NCBI RefSeq assembly: GCF_006345805.1
Contig: NC_043009.1
Location: 3,286,001-3,350,000, forward strand
DNA: 64,000 bases
Source of the DNA: Octopus sinensis
Lineage: Eukaryota
Direction of reading: 5' to 3'
This document shows, piece after piece, positions 1-12,779 of this stretch. Each line of letters starts with the position of its first letter. Position 1 is the first letter of the stretch. Made by a program: the position numbers and the translations under genes. The notes below the pieces were generated by a model. That model was not told the DNA's origin. It saw only the letters and a program-made list of their open reading frames with translations, and ran no database searches.

Positions 1-152
1 TTATGCAGTACAAGGCAAAGGCCGATACACCTTGGCACCATTGACGTCGCAAGTCAGCTGAGGGAACACAACACGCAGCCCGGTCCAGGAATCGAACGCA
101 CAACCTCACGATCGTAAGCTCGAAGCTCTAACCTCTTAGCCATGTGCCTTCA
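1..152 (-). mobile_element. tRNA-derived SINE, family D (head plus body, runs off window start)
   Basis: Minus strand reads GGCACATGGCTAAGAGGTTAGAGC...GTTCGATTCCTGGACCGGG (A-box/B-box-like); body GACGTCAATGGTGCCAAG..TATCGGCCTTTGCCTT is shared with 3988-4161. Confidence 0.75.
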
Positions 153-184
153 TGTATGTGTGTATATAAATTTATATATATATA

Positions 185-585
185 TACTACGGACTTTATA
201 CAGTTTATGTCTACCAAATTCGCTCAAAAGTTCTTAGTTGGCCCGAGGATATATTAGAAGGCGTCGAGCTGGCAGAAACGTTAGCACGCCGGGCGAAATA
301 CTTAGCGGTATTTCGTCTGCCGCTACGTTCTGAGTTCAAATTCCGCCGAGGTCGACTTTGCCTTTCACCGTTTCGGAGTCGATAAATAAAGTACCAGTTA
401 AGCACTGGAGTCGATGTAATCGACTTAATACCTTTGTCTGTTCTTGTTTGTCCCGTCAATGTTCAGCCCCTTGTGGGCAATAAAGAAATAAGAAGACTTT
501 TGCCCAAGGTGCCACGCAGTGGGACTGAAGCCGGGACCATGTGGCTGGTAAACAAGCTACTTACCAGAGAGCCACTCCTGCGCCT
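185..585 (-). mobile_element. tRNA-derived CORE-like SINE, family B 5' half, interrupted by a family A SINE
   Basis: Reverse complement of GGCGCAGGAGTGGCT..TGGTAAG..GGTTCAGTCCCACTGCGTGGCACCTTGGGCAA matches copies at 1819, 15205, 25678 and 51942. Confidence 0.85.
260..490 (+). mobile_element. SINE family A (A1 tail), nested in family B
   Basis: GAGCTGGCAGAAACGTTAGCACGCCGGGCGAAAT..GAGTTCAAATTCCGCCGAGGTCGACTTTGCCTTTCA..GATAAATAAAGTACCAG..GTGGGCAATAAAGAAATA; short AGAAG duplication on both sides. Confidence 0.9.
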
Positions 586-1209
586 GCAAAAATAAATCGA
601 AGTTCATTACTATAATCATGTTTACAATACTACTTATTAGTGTTATAATTTTATCAATTGTAATATATCATTCGGGATGGAGGAAAGACAATTCGAAATC
701 AAAACTTCAAGAAACATCGGAATGTGATTTCCCACACACTTGCTCAATGTTATATACAATTCATCATATACGAACATCTGCCAAACTACTGAAAAAATAA
801 TGATCATTAATGAGTAGCAGCTTATATTATTTTCATACCACTTCTGAATATCAAAATACACTTATAAGCACGTATGTGCACATTAATATGTGTGTGTATG
901 AGTCTGCGTGTGTATGTTCGTGTGTGTGTGTGTGTGTGTGTGCATGTCCGTATAAACTAAGAAACAAATATAAAAATTTAATATTGTGTATTAGTATTAT
1001 ATATACTTCGTTTATTTTCCAATACCATATTCACACGATATCAATGGAAATTTCATAAATATAATACTCAATGCATAAATAGGCATTTATGGTTTTATGT
1101 GTGTGTGTGTTTGCAATTATATAAATATGTATACATACATAGAAGCATATATATAATATATATATATATATGTATATCTATATATGTGTATATATACATA
1201 TATATATAT

Positions 1210-1240
<31 letters not shown>

Positions 1241-1271
1241 CATACATATATACATACCTACACATACACAC

Positions 1272-1304
<33 letters not shown>

Positions 1305-1680
1305 TGAAACATTACGACAGCTGTAATGCTCATTAATAGACACAATGCGTCTGCAAGTTTTTAATATAGTCGATCATAGGCAAATATTTTAGTGATATTC
1401 TTTGACTATCAATCAATATGTGGGCATGTGCAAACGTATTAGTAATCCGTTGGTAACGAATTCACGTTTTTCTGTATATTAAAATCTAGTGCATCATGTC
1501 TGTAAGCCACTTGTATGAGACAACATGAGACAGTGTGAAGTAGTTTCTATGGCAGTCCAAATCGGATGTGCAATCTACGTGGGTGTCTTTTCAAAACATT
1601 GTCTGGTTTAAAAAGCCACATCAGATGCCATGATGGTGCTAAGGTGTAGGTACAGGAGGTGGTCAAACTCTGCATAAGGA

Positions 1681-1725
<45 letters not shown>

Positions 1726-1743
1726 AATGTAATACATATAGTA

Positions 1744-1790
<47 letters not shown>

Positions 1791-1818
1791 AAAGTGTATA
1801 TATATATGCAGATATATA

Positions 1819-2217
1819 GGCGTAGGAGTGGCTGTGTGGTAAGTAGCTTACTTACCAGTCCCACTCGTGGCACCTTGGGCAAGTGTCTTCTACTATAGCC
1901 TCGGGCCGACCAAAGCCTTGTGAGTGGATTACGTAGACGGAAACTGAAAGAAGCCCGTCGTATATATATGTATATATATATATGTGAGTGTATATGTTTG
2001 TGTGTATGTGTTTGTCCCCCCAATATCGCTTGGCAACCGATGCTGGTGTGTTTACGTCCCCGAAACTTAGCAGTTCGGCAAAAGAGACTGATAGAATAAG
2101 TACTAGGCTTACAAAGAATAAGTCCTGGGGTCGATTTGGTCGACTAAAGGCGGTGCTCCAGCATCGCCACAGTCAAAATGACTGAAACAAGTAAAAGAGT
2201 AAAGAGAGTAAAAGAGT
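1819..2217 (+). mobile_element. SINE family B with internal (TA)n/(TG)n tract and GTAAAAGA-repeat tail
   Basis: Head GGCGTAGGAGTGGCTGTGTGGTAAG (B-box region deleted), CORE-like ACCTTGGGCAAGTG, internal microsatellite, tail GAAACAAGTAAAAGAGTAAAGAGAG. Confidence 0.9.
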
Positions 2218-2285
2218 ATATATATATATATATATTATATATATATACAAACAATATATATATACAAATATTTATATATACATAT

Positions 2286-2344
<59 letters not shown>

Positions 2345-3719
2345 GTACACAAATGTGTGCGTGTGTTTGAAAACTTGTGCTCCTGAGAATACGAATGCTC
2401 ATGTGAATTTGCGCTACGCGTTGATATACCTAAATTTCTCCACTTCAACGTGATCATAAGTATGAGAATAGAAGAGGAAATAGACTCACACACGCACGCA
2501 CACATACACTCACAAGCATAGATATGTGTATATTTGCCATTGTCAGTTCATGTGCGGCTATGCTTGTGGAGCATTTATGTGAGTGTGTATGTGTGTGTGT
2601 GTGCGTTTGATGTGTGTATGTGTGCATCTGTATATGAAAATTATGACAGTCGTCAGTGATACATGAATTGTATGTATCATAGCTCATTGCCTGCAAAGTT
2701 AAAATGACTGTGAAATGATATAACTCACAACACATGATCTGTCTCTTCACATATTTCACTTGGCATTGATATGTCTTTTCTGCTGTCAATAAATTAATGT
2801 AAGTTTGATTCGTTTACACGACTATGAGAATCCATATTTCAGACTTTGAACAATTCGCAAGACGCAAGGAAAATTAATACAATCGTTAGGTTGTAGATGG
2901 AAAATTGAACATAAAAATATATCTCGAGGACTGATAAATGTGCTAATATTTAGAAATCTAAGATATCTTTTTATTTCTCACTTTCTCTGTCTCTGTCCTT
3001 CACTCGATGCAGAGAACAGTAGCGTACTTCATAGATCAGACGTATATGTGGAGTGTAAGACATTACAAATTAGCTTGTATGTAGTCCTTTGTGATAATAC
3101 ATCAAAATTTAGTATTGCATACACAAGGCTAGAAATAGTCAGAAGATAAATTCAGGTCACTAATATATCTTCGAAAATATACGTTTCTCCCGGCTGGGCC
3201 CCGGTATCGTTTTCCTTTTTTTTTTTTACATTACCGTAACTGACCCGTCCCATAATTAAGTCAGACAGAGTAGGCACTAGACTTGAAAATATGCATTAAG
3301 TTTGGTTTCTTTGGCATAAACACTTAATGGTGGCGTCCCAGTATAACTGCAGTCCAGTGTCTTAAACAAGAAAGGAAGATATTGGTGAATCGTCTACTTA
3401 TGTTCTAGCTTTGCTCTATAAATAGACAGTTGAGGAAGATGCTTCGCTAGAATTATTAAAGGGACTACACACTTCATTACACATATTAATATCCATGCTT
3501 GTCCTTTGGATATCACGGGTGGCGGAGAGAGAAAACACAGGCATGTATGTCCAGGCGCTCCATACCCAACGTTTGGTTTTAGTTCATGAAATTTCCACAT
3601 GCGTGCTATAGAAGCCCTGTTAAACGGCTACTTCATGCAACATGTGTTTGGAAACGACTTACCACCCTCTGATATAAAGATCCTTCATAAAGACTCTCTA
3701 GTTTGTTCAATACATTGAT

Positions 3720-3842
3720 CTGTTGAAGAGCGTAGGCTCGAAACATAAAAGACTTCCTCACCTTCTCGAGCGTCAAACTAATACACCTGCTTGTTGTTCA
3801 TACACACGTCTTCATGTTTTGTTTTTCTGTAAATTTCGACTA
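3720..3842 (+). mobile_element. Short PLE-pLTR-like element, subfamily P1, degenerate hammerhead-like core
   Basis: CTGTTGA-A-GAGC-GTAG-GCTC-GAAAC-ATA; downstream ~100 bp homologous to 35590-35795 and 44220-44388; ends in a microsatellite. Confidence 0.55.
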
Positions 3843-3844
3843 TG

Positions 3845-3938
<94 letters not shown>

Positions 3939-3960
3939 CCTACCTACCTACCTACCTACC
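3843..3960. repeat. (TATC)n/(TACC)n microsatellite
   Basis: Directly visible. Confidence 0.95.
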
Positions 3961-3987
3961 AAGCTATGTATCTAAATATATATATAT

Positions 3988-4161
3988 GGCTGTCGTTACA
4001 CCGTCGGGCTCACACTCATGAGGTAGTGAGTTCGTCTCCCGGACCGGATTCTGTATTGTGTTCTTGAGTAAGACACTTTATTCCATGTTACTCCTGCTCA
4101 TTCAGCTGTAGAAATGCGTTGGGACGTCAATGGTACCAAGCCGTATCGGCCTTTGCCTTTC
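3988..4161 (+). mobile_element. SINE family D, diverged
   Basis: TGAGGTAGTGAGTTCGTCTCCCGGACCGG..TTCTTGAGTAAGACACTTTATT..CAGCTGTAGAAATG..GACGTCAATGGTACCAAG; homologous to 1-152. Confidence 0.7.
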
Positions 4162-4513
4162 TTTTATTCAACATATTCCCCTTTCAGATTCCAACACTAA
4201 TTCCAACGGTTCTTCAGCTTTTCTAACACCCTAAAATGTATTTGCGGAAGGTTGGGTTTCTAACAAGGCCTCTTGCAATAACCTTAAATGCTACGAATTT
4301 TTCAGCACCCACATGCTTCTGTATATGCATATACATAAAACATCTATACATATATTCATATATACATATATTCATATATACATATATTCATATATACGTA
4401 CATGCATACATATACACACACACACAGTCACCCACATCTATGTATGTATGTACGTATGTATGTATCGATGCATATATATATATCTATACATACATACATA
4501 CGTACATATATAT

Positions 4514-4650
4514 AAATTCTATAACTAAGAGACTAATTATAGAATTTTGTATAAGTTTACCGATAATGGTTCTTTTAATATACCGACCAACTTGGTAAAA
4601 TTATTAATTATTAATTGATTAATTAATTTTACACTTCATCATTATTATCT
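4514..4650 (+). mobile_element. TA-embedded fragment distantly related to the 593-bp unit
   Basis: CTTTTAATATACCGACCAACTTGGTAAAATT..ATTAATTAATTTTACACTTCAT aligns by eye with 11885-11955; 11-bp inverted repeat at 4514-4524/4537-4547. Confidence 0.5.
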
Positions 4651-4659
4651 ATCTATATA

Positions 4660-4771
4660 TCTATCTATCTATCTATATATATATATATTATATATATACA
4701 TAAATATAAATATTTATATATATATATATATATACTTTATTTAAAGCAGCATTTATGTGTTTACTCCGGTA

Positions 4772-4826
<55 letters not shown>

Positions 4827-4990
4827 CATGCATATATACATATATATACATATATATATATATACACACACACCACACACACACAAACACACCACACACA
4901 CACACACCACACAAACACACACACACACACACACACACAACACACACAAACACACCACACACACACACACACACACACCACACACACCAC

Positions 4991-5021
<31 letters not shown>

Positions 5022-5030
5022 GATCTCAAT
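4660..5030. repeat. Compound (TA)n/(CA)n microsatellite
   Basis: Directly visible; source of the overlapping spurious ORFs. Confidence 0.95.
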
Positions 5031-5963
5031 GTAAGCAAATTACTATGAAATATAGTATACCTGCTAAAGCAGCGCCCAAATTTCACTAGAACAGAAAATG
5101 GGCCGAGCTGTATAACGGGTTCTATGATGCTCCCTAAAGGATGTAATTTTCAAAAATTAAAAAAAAATTTTAATAAATACATATATATAAATTATGATCA
5201 TTGATCTACCAACAGCAATATCATTATCACTATCGCAAACAACGACATCACATAGCACACTTTCTAGCGATACCTGTTTAAACTGAATAGTTTCATGGCG
5301 CCTTAGCGTCTTTAGATATACAATGGTGAGATGTAAGATTCATTGTGTAGTATGTGATGTTTTCTTGAAGAGGTCCTTAGTGTCGCCATCTATAGTGTCT
5401 GTGTCTGTATCATTCCAATCCTATACTAGAAAAACCATATGATACAGTTGATTTTGAAACGAGTCTTAGTAGCATTCATATTGTCGCTATTAAAAGAATT
5501 CACTTATGTTGTTTTTATCTTTGACGATTTGTCATTGTTATTTTTTTGCTTATGTCGATGCTACTACTGTTGCTCCTCTAGTAAGGTTGTTTTTGTTGTT
5601 GTTGTTGTGTTTTAGTGCCTAAATACCTGTCCTGAAGTAGCTCTCGTTTTAACTCGTTACAATATTTGCTTTGTGCAATCTTAGTTGGATTCGTTTTGTT
5701 TATTTTGTTACTGTTTCGAAAGAGAGGAGGGAGTTGATTTGCACGCACCCCCCACCTCACACACAAATAAAGATATACATATATATATGTATGTATGTGT
5801 GTGTGTGTGTGTACATTATATAGACATAAGTATAAGAAATAAAGGTGTATATATATATATATATATATAATATATATATATATTCATGTATAATATATAC
5901 ACACACACACATATATATATATATATAATTATATATATATACCCATATATGTATGTATGTATG

Positions 5964-6009
<46 letters not shown>

Positions 6010-7166
6010 GTGTCTATATATATAGGTATCTAAGGTTTTATATATATATATATATGTACGTATACATGTATATAAATGGTTTTATATGTGTGTGCGTATC
6101 TTCTATTCAGGTGTACATATACGGAAAAAAAACTGTTGTTCTTTGTTATTTATTTCTGGCGAGTAGGCAGAAATGCTCTCAGACCGCAGTAACGATAATA
6201 GTAACGATGTGTGATGATAATGGTTCTTGTTATAGCTGAAGACAACATCTTTCTTCGTTGGAGAGGAAAAATAAAATGCAAATTTCTTTCTATTCAAAAA
6301 TATTTGCACAAATAACTATAATAATTTTTACGCCCACCGATAGGACAGCGGCATTAACATATATAATGGCAATATAAAAAAGTAAAGGAAATGACGATAT
6401 TAAATCTTAACAAGAAATTGTGAAAATGTTTGCAACAGCTGTGACAGGTATATGGAATAGGAATACGTAAGAATTGTATTATAATGGTAAAATATATAAA
6501 GCTTATGAGATGTTTCTGAGCAAAAATATTAGGGTGTTAAAATAATGATCGAGTATACTGAATAAATATGGTCATGTGAGGGATGTAGTAAAAACAAGGT
6601 GAAAACTGATTATCTCTGATTGATACAAATATCATTATCATTTCTGTGAATTGGGCGCTAGGGCAAGTATTTTAATATCTTAGAGATAATAATGCTTCAA
6701 ACGCTATTCATTTATGTACCATGCGTGTTTGGTTCCTTCTTTTGGATTAGTTAGCTTGAAATATGATATTGAGAAGTAGGTGACGAAAAAAATCATTAGA
6801 AAGGGAGAGATGATTTTTTCATGAATGCAATGAAGAAACTGTGGGAAGATATTAATCGTTCGCACGGATAAATATGAAGGTTTAGTTACGGAGCAACAAG
6901 TACTTTAACACGAATACATGTGTTGAATATATACACTCTTGCAAATAAAAGTCAGAAAAGAAGAGTTTGATGTTAGTTGTAGATGTACATAGCACAACAA
7001 GCTCGTGTTCCATATGTGCATATAAATGGTGTTTAAAAGTTTCCCTTGTTTCGAACAAAGACATAGATTCAACAACAACAGACAATATATTCGACATATG
7101 CACAATGGAAAGACAAGCAAATACAACAGATACCGTTAATAGACGCAAAGAAAGTTACAAAATGTA

Positions 7167-7319
7167 CGTGGCTGTGTGGCAAGTGCTTGCTTACCAACCA
7201 CATGTTTCCGAGTTCAGTCGCACTGCGTGGCACCTTGGGCAGATTTTTCCACTATAGCCTCAGGCCGACCAAAGCCTTGTGAGTGGATTTGGTAAACAGA
7301 AACAGAAAAAAGCTCGTCG

Positions 7320-7320
<1 letters not shown>
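7167..7320 (+). mobile_element. SINE family B, 5' half ending in (TA)n
   Basis: GTGGCTGTGTGGCAAG..CACTGCGTGGCACCTTGGGCAG..AAAGCCTTGTGAGTGGATTTGG..CGTCGTATATAT. Confidence 0.85.
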
Positions 7321-7346
<26 letters not shown>

Positions 7347-7354
<8 letters not shown>

Positions 7355-7523
7355 GAACGAAGTGAGTCGAACGAAGATGTTAACAAAATTCCTTTAATCT
7401 CGACACATGTTTCGAAGACAGCATGTTTTCATTCCAAAGGAATAAAGGGTGCATTATGCAATCTTCTCATCAGGTATTTTCCATGCTGACGATAATCATA
7501 GGATAATTCATTCACCTACTTAA
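7347..7523 (-). mobile_element. TA-embedded PLE/retrozyme-like insert
   Basis: ~177-bp non-coding insert bounded by (TA)n on both sides and carrying a hammerhead core on the minus strand. Confidence 0.55.
7396..7479 (-). ncRNA. Candidate type I hammerhead ribozyme with weak stem I
   Basis: CUGAUGA-GAAGA[43 nt]UCUUC-GAAAC-AUGU-GUC; core canonical, stem II 5 bp, ACAUGU palindromic; stem I has two A-A mismatches. Confidence 0.45.
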
Positions 7524-8438
7524 ATATATATATATATACACGTATGCGCGTACATATGTAATATACATGCCTGTATATATATATATATAAATATATATAT
7601 ACTATCTATATGTGTGTGTATATGCATGTCTATGTGTGTATATGTGTGTATGCGTCTGTGTGTATGTGTGTGTGTGAATGCTACTATTTTCCTTACACAT
7701 AGAACATTGCCAATGCTTCATAAGTTGAGGTTTTTGATGCAATTACCACTTGATTAAACACTAGAAGAGAGAATTAATTATGCAGTATACCTTATAGTGT
7801 TTAGTAGTTGTCTAAATTATGTATGTCACCCATGACATTTATGCCTAATATGAGGACATATTAATGCTATAATTTTAATAATGGTATTAATCGTTTGGAA
7901 TATTTCACTTACAGATGTTCCCATTGCATTGAGTCGTATCATATGGACCATTAAATATGATTCCGAATTAACATATCAGTTATTTCCTGCTAGAGATGGA
8001 TAAAAGATTTTTGCTCGGCAAATATGTATATAGATTTTTTAAATAATGTATTCTGTTTGCAAATATATACAAACAAAAACTAATTCCAAGATTGTTCAAC
8101 GAAAGCAATATATTCCTATATGTGTGTGACTGTATGTACGTGGATATATACGTGTGCGTACGCGCGTGTGTGTGTGTGTGTATGTGTGTAGTGGGAGAGG
8201 TCAATAGATAGAGCAATTCATTAATAGATGTCTATGTATGATAATAATTCAATTTTTATTTAAAGAAATAATGGCAATATTAGCAAGCAATGAAATTCTA
8301 TAGGAACGGAAAGTATGGCATATTTTCAACAGGAAAAAAGGAGATATTACTCAAAGTTTCATTCACACTTGTCTTACAACATGAAGTGCATATATGTATA
8401 TATTTAATATATATATATATAATATATATATATATATA

Positions 8439-8473
8439 TGAATTGTCGTTGTGGTTTATTACTGGTTTCCGAC

Positions 8474-8545
<72 letters not shown>

Positions 8546-8580
8546 GTCGGAAACCAGTAATAAACCACAACGACAATTCA
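8439..8580. repeat. Perfect 42-bp inverted repeat around a (TA)n tract
   Basis: 8439-8480 is the exact reverse complement of 8539-8580. Confidence 0.9.
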
Positions 8581-9044
8581 TTTTGCGGCGTTTCAATTTC
8601 GTAGCTATCTTCGCAACTAAATCCAGTGCGTCATCTCTTACTCACACTCAAATCTCACATCTCTTTGAGAGACAAATCCTCGGTCCTCATCTCCCATCGT
8701 CTATTGTGTTTATTCTGACTTCGCTACAAAATATCTACATATCTATTGTTTCTCCAGGCACAATACAAGCTCTGGTCTACTACTGTACTCTTTGTTTTCT
8801 TGGCGTTTCGTACAGTCACAAAAATGACTTCCCTATCTTAAACCTGGCGGGCCTGATGACATATCACTCAGCCATTCCTCAGTGATGTTCATATCTAAGA
8901 AAACAGCCAAGTAATAACATTACTGGCAATAGAATGCAGTATTTATGAACGTCTCACCAGAGATTCTGTATTCATTTCAGTATAAAAACTAATCATAAAA
9001 CTAAAGTATTTAATAGTACACTCACACACATTAGGATACAAAGA

Positions 9045-9242
9045 TTTGATGACAGGACGGAATAAAAATGCTGGGCGGCATGCCGTCCGTCTTTGAGCTC
9101 TGAGTTCCAATTCCGCCGATGTCGACTTTGCGTTTCATGTTTTCAGTAACGATAACTTGCGGACCATTTGAATGCTGGGGTCGATGTGATCGACTATCCC
9201 CGTCATCGAATTTACTGGCCAAGTGCTAAAATTCAAATCCAT
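9045..9242 (+). mobile_element. Old SINE family A (A2 tail)
   Basis: TGAGTTCCAATTCCGCCGATGTCGACTTTGCGTTTCAT..TGGGGTCGATGTGATCGACT. Confidence 0.65.
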
Positions 9243-9744
9243 CATTTTCTATTTTCTGATTCGTATAACAGTGAAAGCGTTGAAAGCTTCATTGAACATC
9301 AATTAATTTCGAAGCATTTTTCATTAATACAATGTGAGCAACTGTAATTTCTAGACATGGCGGCGTGATCTCAGCAATAACAATCTGGTTAAAATTAGAC
9401 GCTATGTATAAACAAACAAAGCAGAAAAAAATCATTTTCTCTCTGTGGTACACAAACATCAACTAATTTCAGAATTTATTATCTATCTGGGAAAAGGAAT
9501 GAGTAATCAATCTCTGATGAGAGATTAATAACTCCTGAAATGTATCACAGCAATGCTTTTAATTAATAATGCCTATAACTTTCCAAGGCCAACTGTATTA
9601 TATTGAACGCGCGCAAATAAGCTTATTTGCAATTCATGAAACATACAATACCGCTTTTCTCTTTTTTAATATGTATACCGTTATATTTACATATACGTAC
9701 ATACATGCGAGCAAGCCAATGTATGTACGTATGCGTATACACAA

Positions 9745-9803
<59 letters not shown>

Positions 9804-9825
9804 CACGTATACACACATATACATA

Positions 9826-9935
9826 GTTAATAAAAAAAACTAAGAAGAAAAATAAAAATAAAACAACAACGCGAGGGCGTGGTACATGCAAAGTATTAAG
9901 ACGCTTAGAGAAGGAAAAAGAGTTGTTGTTTTATG
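9826..9935 (-). mobile_element. PLE-pLTR-like subfamily P2 fragment
   Basis: ACAACAACGCGAGGGCGTGGTACATGCAAAGTATTAAGACGCT is homologous to the reverse complement of 56580-56635 and 58265-58325. Confidence 0.55.
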
Positions 9936-11149
9936 TTTCTAGCACCACCACCACCACCACCACTAAAATAAAAGAGATGAGAATGGTGATGATAAATGAA
10001 ATGGAAAAATCGCTGGGCGATGTTGACATTTCTAAAAATAGCTAAACAATTACTGCTTTAGCCAAGGTCGAAATGCAAATCTCTTCACATGTTAAAAAAA
10101 CCGTGACACCTAAACCAAACACCAATCAATTTAAGTAATTTAGTAAAGCCTCACACTGATTGGTCAGTTTGCAAAAATTGACATTCTGGATCCTGTACAA
10201 ATGTATTTAAGGCACACGGTTTAGCCTTCACGCTACAGTTGTAAATTATAAAACATGACTATTACCACTACGACATGAACCTGAAGATTGATGTGAAACA
10301 GCATTCGACTATTTGAATCAGAGGTTAAATATTGAAATTTATTGCAGCTGAAAACACTTTTGCAAACCTTTCCTCTGTATTAAAGGTAGTCGCTTAGTTC
10401 ATCTGACGGAATGTAGTGTTTCGTGTATTTTAACAGACACACATTCGCATTCAACCGACCCCTCAATGTTGATTCATCTTTAACTTATGCATAATTTATG
10501 AAGACCAATCAGGGATAGACGTAAAAATAGAACGTCACTACTCTTTGATAGAAATATTCGAAAGACAATGGTTCAATAAAAAATAACCTTTAAATATTTT
10601 ATGTATAAAACAATATATTTGAAAGGAATAATATATTTGATTTTATTTCGTTCATCATTATCCAAGTGGCAGTATAGGGGCGTTTTAAAACGAGCTTGAG
10701 CCAGCTTTAGGAAAAACTGCAGTATGATGAGGACAAGCAACTATATAAAGACGGGCTATCTCAGTGATGTACGCGACTTAGTAGGTAATATTTCCAGTTT
10801 CAAATTAATATTACCGAATTTGCCTAAGATGTTTTGTATTATTGGACTCACTCGTTAATCTCAAATATACTGCTTCGTATAGTATAATTCACGCATTAGT
10901 ACAACTCCGAATTGTTTAAGAAAACAATCAATGATACTATGTACATAGTAATAAGCATACAGGCCCATACATAATTTAAATATATATGAGTATGTCTAGA
11001 TATGCAATTATATGCGTGAGAATACATACATAAAAAAAACATACAAATACGTACATAAACATATATATATATACATACACACATACAAAGAAAAATATCA
11101 CAGCAGTGGACTTGTTTCCTTTACTGTAAACTGGGACACAGACTGGTAA

Positions 11150-11520
11150 AGAAAGTTCTCAGGAATATGAATGACCATCATTCACTGAGGTCCCCTACAG
11201 TTTAGCAGCACGGGATGCTAGGTGGTGTTGGCACACCATCAGGACTCAAGCAGGGACATAACAAGACATGCTGCTAAATTGTGTGATTTCCTTTATAGCC
11301 GCTAAGACATTAGGGGCACCACAACCTATGCCCGACACAGTGTGCATCAACGATGTACGCCATATTAGGATTGCTAAAAACAGAGCAGTACTTTTTCTGC
11401 AGTATCTCACTCATCGATTTGGCATTATCTTGGAGATTGCCATTTTCATCAATTAGTGGGCTAACAGTGGAGACAGTGCACTTTTGTTTGTTTCTTTCCA
11501 AAAGAGAACACGTTGGGATT
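11150..11520 (-). pseudogene. Degraded LINE ORF2 fragment (CR1/L2-like, linker to RT N-terminus)
   Basis: Minus-strand peptides VSPLIDENGNLQDNAKSMSEILQKKYCSVFSNP, then VLAAIKEITQFSS and PDGVP after frameshifts; resembles the ..QYxSVFS..A.GPDG motif order. Confidence 0.65.
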
Positions 11521-11544
11521 ATGTATGATTTTCTGAATCTATAT

Positions 11545-11581
<37 letters not shown>

Positions 11582-12164
11582 GGTAAGAGCGAATGAATTG
11601 ACGGCAATCTATCATAATATTTAATTCTTATGCTTTCCTAAAAACTTGATTTCGAAACGTGCGTCCGTAGATAACTTAAAATTGTATGATAGATTGCCGT
11701 CAATTCATTCGCTCTTACCTGTTTGTGTCTGCCTTCCAATTGCTATTTTTACTGAGATCTCCCTTTTTAGTAGAAGAAATAGCTATAACTCTTTGACTGC
11801 TATTTCTAAATTCGGTATATGGTAAGGCAATTCGTTGCTAAACCCTTTATTGCTTAGTATTACTTAAATTTTCCTCGAATGAGGCTTTTACATGCCGAAG
11901 ACTACTTGGTGTAATTGATAATTATTCCAAATTAATTAATTTCACCCTTCATTATTACGGATAACCATATTTTATCTCAGTAGATAACCACAGCATCTTG
12001 TTTTGGCTACACGCGGGTGGGAAGGGGCTGGTGACACAATCTTTTCATTCACACATTGAATTTGGTGATACTAGTTGCGGATTCTAGCTCGCTCTGATAC
12101 TGAGTTGAGTTGGTGCCTTCTAGTATCTCAAAATTCAATATATAATCATTTATGATTATAGTAT

Positions 12165-12264
12165 TCTACGCTGAAGAGAAAAGAAGTTTTGGTAAGGTAG
12201 AATTATTTAATATTTAATTCTTATGCTTTCCTAAAAACTTGATTTCGAAACGTGCGTCCGTAGA
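12165..12264 (+). ncRNA. Type I hammerhead ribozyme with extended stem II
   Basis: UCUACG-CUGAAGA-[GAAA..AAGUUUU..GAAUUA loop UAAUUC..AAAACUU..UUUC]-GAAAC-GUGC-GUC^CGUAGA; 6-bp stem I; predicted cleavage after 12258. Confidence 0.8.
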
Positions 12265-12369
12265 TAACTTAAAATTGTATGATAGATTGCCGTCAATTCA
12301 TTCGCTCTTACCTGTTTGTGTCTGCCTTCCAATTGCTGTTTTTACTGAGATCTCCCTTTTTAGTAGAAG

Positions 12370-12418
<49 letters not shown>

Positions 12419-12679
12419 TATACATATACATACATATATATATATATATATACACATATTTATATATATATATATATATATATATAAGTAATACTAAGCA
12501 ATAAAGGGTTTAGCAACGAATTGCCTTACCACATACCGAATTTAGAAATAGCAGTCAAAGAGTTATAGCTATTTCTTCTACTAAAAAGGGAGATCTCAGT
12601 AAAAACAGCAATTGGAAGGCAGACACAAACAGGTAAGAGCGAATGAATTGACGGCAATCTATCATACAATTTTAAGTTA

Positions 12680-12779
12680 TCTACGGACGCACGTTTCGAA
12701 ATCAAGTTTTTAGGAAAGCATAAGAATTAAATATTAAATAATTCTACCTTACCAAAACTTCTTTTCCCTTCAGCGTAGA
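12680..12779 (-). ncRNA. Hammerhead copy with A9G core variant (CUGAAGG)
   Basis: Reverse complement of 12165-12264 except CTGAAGGGAAAAG in place of CTGAAGAGAAAAG. Confidence 0.65.

Noticed and set aside
8850-8935. CTGATGA followed by a hairpin (hammerhead or C/D-box candidate)
   Set aside because: No correctly placed GAAAC or D box.
11745-12770. Mostly A/G differences between the 593-bp copies as a trace of ADAR editing of the RNA template
   Set aside because: Only four such sites, one in the opposite direction; ordinary transition bias suffices.
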